Positions 58,750 to 64,000 of a DNA stretch of 64,000 bases are shown one piece after another. How positions within the stretch are numbered: position 1 is the stretch's first letter; every line of letters starts with the position of its first letter. Below the pieces are notes generated by a model, which was not told the DNA's origin, searched no databases, and worked only from the letters and a program-made list of their open reading frames with translations. This stretch comes from Diplonema japonicum (taxonomy: Eukaryota > Protista > Euglenozoa: Diplonemea), in contig OZ025708.1 of assembly GCA_964019335.1 (NCBI GenBank), positions 372,001 to 436,000 on the forward strand. The letters run 5' to 3'. The position numbers were made by a program, and so were the translations under genes.

Positions 58750-61700
58750 ATGTACGGCGAGCGGGGTTGGAGAGACCGCAGCAGGGACAGAGACAGGGAC
58801 AGGGATCTGCGTGACACATCGAGCATCGCAAGTAGCGGGTACACACCTTCAAGAGGAGATAGGGATAGGGATAGGGGGAGGTGGCTGCCTCCTGGGAATG
58901 ACAGATCTTATGAGAGGCCGAGCAACGACAGGTACGACAGAAGTAGCAGAAGGAGCAGGTCCAAGAGCGCCTACTCAGACAGGCATAGCGATATAAGTGA
59001 ACGGGATGAGAGGCTCGAACTTGATAAGCTATCAAGGAACATCCATGAGACAAAGGGCCTACTGGGACACCTGAAGGCGTTGAATGGCAATGGAGTAAGC
59101 GAGTCCACAACTGTATGGGTGGGGAAGAAGGATAAATATGGTAGAGAGATAAAGGAAAACAGGGAACGAGAAAGGGACAGGGATATGGAAAAAGAACGAG
59201 AGCGAGAAGAAAGACAGAGGGAGCGGGAGAGGGAACGAGAACGTGAGCGAGAGCGTGAGCGCTCGACACGCAGGGGCCGCACCATGGAGACACTGATGCA
59301 GGAGTTCTTGCAAGCGAACGATTTATCTGCTTCGTCACACGACGTTGTAACGTGCCACGAGCGTTGGGAGGATTTTCTGGCCACAAAAGCCCCTGAGGTG
59401 GCGCAAAACAGTCTCTCCCAAGCGGAAATCCGCAGGCTCATCACCGCCTTCAATGACTTGCAGTATAGCAATCACAAGCTGGCCCTGGTAGTCACAGAAG
59501 CCCACCCAAGGATGGAGGGTCGTCTGGAAGCACCAAGGCCTGTTTCCTTCACTGAGCTACAAAAAGGGTTATCGCTCGCCGCTCTCATCACAGAAGAGGA
59601 ACAGGTGATCAAGAACATATGTGTGGACCTTGACGAAGTGCTAGATGGCAAAAGGTCATCTTCGGGTCCCCCTGCTAGGGACTACGAGGATCTGGTGGAA
59701 AGGAACAGAGACATGTCGCGGGACCTGCGCGAAGCAGACCTCAGAAGGGAAAACGACGACCGGCTTATCAGAGAGCTCGAGGACAGGCTCGAGGCAGCAG
59801 AGAGCCGCAGCACGCTGCATTCATTGGCGGCGACAATTGACGACCTGCGCAGCACTGTCTCTGCCATGATCCCTGAGGGCAATCAAGCGTTGAACTTAGA
59901 ACACAGAAGCCTCTCGAGAGTTGGCAGTCTAGAAGCAGAGCTCGACAGACTTGTTGAGGTGTCCGAATGCATCGCAAGGTTGGGCCCGTTGATGCCTGTC
60001 GCTGATGCTGATGGCGAGCCGTACGCGAACCCGAGGATGGAGGTGGCGCGAATCGATGACACACAACGGATCCTGATGCTAGAGGAGGAGATCGACAGGC
60101 TCAGTAAGAGCGCGGTGGGGGGACAGAACGATGCCATTCTGTCGGAGCTCGTTCACGAGAAGAACGCGTCGATCAACAAACTTGAAGACGAGCTGCGTGC
60201 AGTGCAGAGGAGCATGAAGGAGGTGGAGGACAGCCACGAGCAGCTGATCGACAAGAACAACGCGGACCAAGACCACTACGACGAGCTGCTGGACGAGATG
60301 TCGTCCCTCAGGCAGCGCAACAAGCAGCTGCACGACGAAATCCGCGACATGCGTGGCGGTGAGCGGTCTGACGTCGAGGCATCGCTGTACAACGAGATCG
60401 ACACTCTGCAAGAGGAGCTGCGGAACATCAAGGAACAGCTGGCCGCGCTGAAGGACGAGCTAGCGGACAAAAGGGAACGTGAGGCCGAGTTGCTGCAAGA
60501 GATAAGCGATCTACAGAACCAGCTCGACACGAAGCACGACACAACGGGTGTGGATGACCTCTACGAAGAGATTTACGCCCTCAAAGACGAGCTCAACAGG
60601 AAGAAGGCAGAGCTCACCGTGTTGAAGGAGCGGGGCAAGGGACAGGGAGACGACAAGGAGCTCATCGACGAAATCGAGTACTTAAGGGAAGAGCTTAAAA
60701 ACGCCGACATAAAGAACAGCACATCAGGCCCCCGGGAAAGCGGGGGGGCGAGTGAGCCTGTGGAGACAGCGAACAAATTCGCTCAGACAGAAGTGTTCGC
60801 AAGGGAGGCGTCGGAGATCCAGCTGGCATCGTGCATGGGGTCGGACGAGGAGGAAGAGATAATGCATTTGCATGCAAAGATTAAAAACTTAGAAAATAAG
60901 CTGAATGAGAGTAATGTGCTGCTACAAGACTTCCAAGAAAGGGAGTCAGAGCAGCAGGAGCAGCTGAACCTCACACATGACACGGAACACGTGGACGCAC
61001 TGACGTACGAGAACGCAGAGCTGAACGATAGGATTATGAAGCTGGAGGAGATCCTTGAGGAGCGTGACCAGCAGCTGCAGGACGCCTACCGCGACATACG
61101 TATGTTAACCCGCTCACACCCCACCCCACCCACTACAGAAGTACACGATAGCGAAGCCGTAAGGCGAGCATCAATGCCAGATGAGGCCGTTGATACTTAC
61201 AGCCAAGAGAGTCCGGGCCACGCACGTGACACAAAACTGCTGGAAGAAGCCCTGTCCAAGCTAGACCATCGGGACGAAGGTCTCATGGAAGACCTGCACG
61301 GTTTAGTCAGTAGCCTGAAGCGTCGGGACGGCAAACGTGTGCAAGAGATGGAGGAGCAGATGAAGCTTCAGAAGCAGAACTACCTGTTGCAACAGCAGCT
61401 GAAAGAGAAGCAGCACAAGGAAGAGATAGAGGCGCTGAAAAAGAACGCGAAAGGGGGGCAGACACAACCGCAGAAGCAACAAACACAACCGCAACAAAAA
61501 CTAAAGAAGAAAGTAACGACGACGGCGGCAAAACGCAGACCGAAACAACAGAAATACCCGTTTTTAGGGTTGGAACTAGGGGCCCTGCGGGTATGAATAG
61601 ACAAAAAAAAGGGGGGGGGTAACATAATTGATACTCACAGTCGGAGATCGGGGGCCACGGTGGGCTGAGGGTGGTTGACGTCAGGGGGCCGTCGCTAGCT

Positions 61701-62460
61701 GCGGGTCTGCAGCAAGGGGACGTGATCACCGAAGTGGAGGGTGTGCAGATAACAGAACAGGACGACATCAAGACGGCCATATCGAAGCACTCACCTGCCG
61801 ATGCTGTGTACATGAAGCTTGTGAGGGAGGGTACCCTGTACGAGGTGGACGTGCAGCCAGAGGAGAGCGACATCGCTGTATGTAGTGACAACACTAAACA
61901 CATCAACACCCACAGCCCGGCCAAGGTGCCAAGTACACGACAAAGGTGCTCGTGAAGCAGAAGGTGCCTACGTACGCCACTGCAGCCCCCAGACCTTCTC
62001 ACTCCCATAGCCACTCCACACCTGTCAACTCGGCCCCCTACCCACCCGCGGCCTCACGGAGATACTCGGGCAAGGAGCTTGCTGCGGAGTCTCAGGCGAT
62101 CTTCAAGAAGCACAATCTGGTATGGTTTTGTAGCGCTCGTTCTCCTTGTCGCCATTCCTCTAACTCGTTCTTTCCTTGGCTTTTCGCAATGTTACTCGAA
62201 GTAACCCCCAAATGTGCAAACCGGGTCCTTCGTATTCTTCGTTGCTTTCCGCCGTAATGCTGCGCAAGCAGCTGAAAGGGGGAAATCTAGCTCTTCTTCG
62301 GTCTTCGTGCTTTCTCATCTTTTTGAAAAAGAAAAAGAAAAAGAAAACAAAAAAAAAAAAAAAAAAAATTCTTTTTTTCAAATTCAAAAAAAATCCATAA
62401 CCACAGCTGGAAGGGATGCCCGAGCCACCCAGCCATGTCAGAGGCCTTAGAGATTACTAA
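58750..62460 (+). CDS. RD/RE-rich coiled-coil protein with C-terminal PDZ domain
   Basis: Intron 61591-61640 joins PFLGLEL to LRVVDVRGPSLAAGLQQGDVITEVEG (PDZ). Further introns 61878-61915 and probably 62120-62406 (last exon LEGMPEPPSHVRGLRDY*); without the last splice the ORF ends at 62257. Confidence 0.75.
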
Positions 62461-62799
62461 GAAAGCAGCACCGGCAACACCTTTTTTTTTTTTGTTTTTG
62501 TTCTGTTACTCCCCCCCCTCCCCCCTTCTTCTTTTTTCTTGTTTTTTTTTTCTCTTTTTTGTATAGTACTGTGTTTATGGAGGAGGAGGGGGGAGGGGGG
62601 GACGAATCTCTGGGTAGGGGAGAAAATCTTTTTTTTTTCCTCTGTTTTTTTTTTTTTTTTTACTCCCATTTATTTTATTTTATTCCCCCATTTTTTTAAC
62701 CTTCCCTTTATTTTTTTTAAACCCCCCCTTTTCAAAAGAAAAAAATGACCAAAACTACACAAGGAAAGGGGAAAGGGGGGAACAAAAAAAAAAAAGGAT

Positions 62800-63562
62800 A
62801 TGAGCAACAAACCGTACCCATACGAGGTGACTGCTAAGATAGCCCCGCAAGGGTCAGGGCACAATTATGAATACACCGCAGAGGCGTTGAAAGAGGAAAG
62901 GGACGCCGTGTGGACGTTCGTAAGGAGGCTGGGTGCGACATTTTACGAGGGTAAGGACTTGGTGAGCGTGTCGATGCCCGTTACATTGTGTGAGCCAGCG
63001 AGCTTCTTGGAACGAATGTGCCGGGGGTGGGTGACTATGCCCTCATATTGCAAGGCGATTCTTGACACAAAATGTGAGATCGAACGGATGAAGCTCGTAG
63101 TGGCCATGGTGGTGTCGGGGCTTCATAAAAATTTAAACTGCAAGAAACCATTCAACCCCGTTCTGGGGGAGACCTACGAGGCAACTTTTGAAGACGGGTC
63201 CCACATACACGTGGAGCAAACCTCCCACCATCCGCCTGTTTCCTCCTGGGAGGTCCACTCCCATGACAACACCTGGAAATTCACAGGAACCGCGAAATGG
63301 AGTGGGTACTTCGCGGGTAACGCCGTAAAGGGCGGCCAACAGGGCGTCAACTGCCTTGAGTTCAGCGATGGATACCGAGTGGAGTGGGTCCTCCCGAACA
63401 TCCATGTGTCGGGAGTTCTGTCGGGCAATCGAATTCTAGACCATGTGGGTGCCATTGAATTCAAAGACAACTCCACACCCTCTTACACCTGCAAGGTCGG
63501 GTTCGGCGACCAACGAAAGCTGGTGGAATGGATGCAAGACAGTGGGAAATGTATGTTAGGGG

Positions 63563-63597
<35 letters not shown>

Positions 63598-64000
63598 GGG
63601 ATAGCCGGTGCGCTGACTGGTGGGTGGTTGTCAGGTGGCCAAGCCGAAGCAAAAGTTCAAGACGATGAACTTACCGGCGAGATATTCCTCACTCCTTGCA
63701 GTGGAAACGCTGAGAAGAAGGTGGTCGTGGCGACGGTTATGGGGTCTTGGTTGAAGGGGGTTGACTTTCAAGACCAAGGAACGGAGGTGTTGAAAAGATA
63801 TTGGGAGAAGGACAATACCCTAGTCACCTTGATAGATAATGACCTTCCTGCGAATGTGCTGCCCACCGACTCGCGGCTGCGGAAGGATATTTCGCACCTT
63901 AAAGAGAACAACCTTGATGCTGCCCAGGAACACAAAGAGGAGATAGAAAACGTATGTGATTAGGGAGAAAAAAAAAAAAAAAAAAAAAAAAAAACAGAGG
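62800..64000 (+). CDS. oxysterol-binding protein (short ORP); continues beyond the window
   Basis: SMPV..EP.SFLER, KKPFNPVLGETY, EQTSHHPP and LPTDSRLR.D. Introns 63551-63598 and 63952-63997. Confidence 0.95.

Noticed and set aside
58770-59265. GA-rich tandem repeats
   Set aside because: They encode RD/RE dipeptide tracts within the CDS and are not an independent element.
1-64000. tRNA, rRNA or SL RNA genes; alternative genetic code
   Set aside because: None recognised by eye. Genes end in TAA, TAG and TGA and conserved proteins translate normally with the standard code.

Overview
Eukaryotic (protist) genomic DNA, most likely a diplonemid-like euglenozoan. This is inferred from about 23 protein genes all on the + strand (polycistronic-type cluster), GTATG splice donors, and many more cis-introns than trypanosomatids have. 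GC-balanced coding blocks are separated by spacers made of A/T/G/C homopolymer runs. Genes include a WASH-like C-terminus, pyruvate carboxylase, sterol desaturase family, two-domain cytidine deaminase, TMEM115-like, GH3 glycosidase, a secretory parvulin-like protein, a ~4,100-aa thioredoxin/UBA/DUF3638-DUF3645/RanBP2-ZnF giant, a TM kinase, LRRC9, V-ATPase E, jacalin-SPRY, TPR, E2, TcdA, PABPN1, a bacterial-type membrane patatin, a coiled-coil/PDZ protein and OSBP. The ORF track misses three degenerate minus-strand mobile elements in the spacers. (1) A Crypton-like tyrosine-recombinase pseudogene (~10.0-11.5 kb) with a 3+3 head-to-head 11-bp repeat array. (2) A piggyBac element (54084-55500) with intact TTAA target duplication, TIRs and a decayed transposase. 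(3) A non-LTR RT fragment (~34.7 kb). I resolved 22 GT-AG introns by hand, 21 of them 34-59 nt. They are mostly A-rich instead of pyrimidine-rich and sit almost all in the 3' half of genes. All calls are by motif recognition with no database searches, and homopolymer lengths may contain assembly errors.
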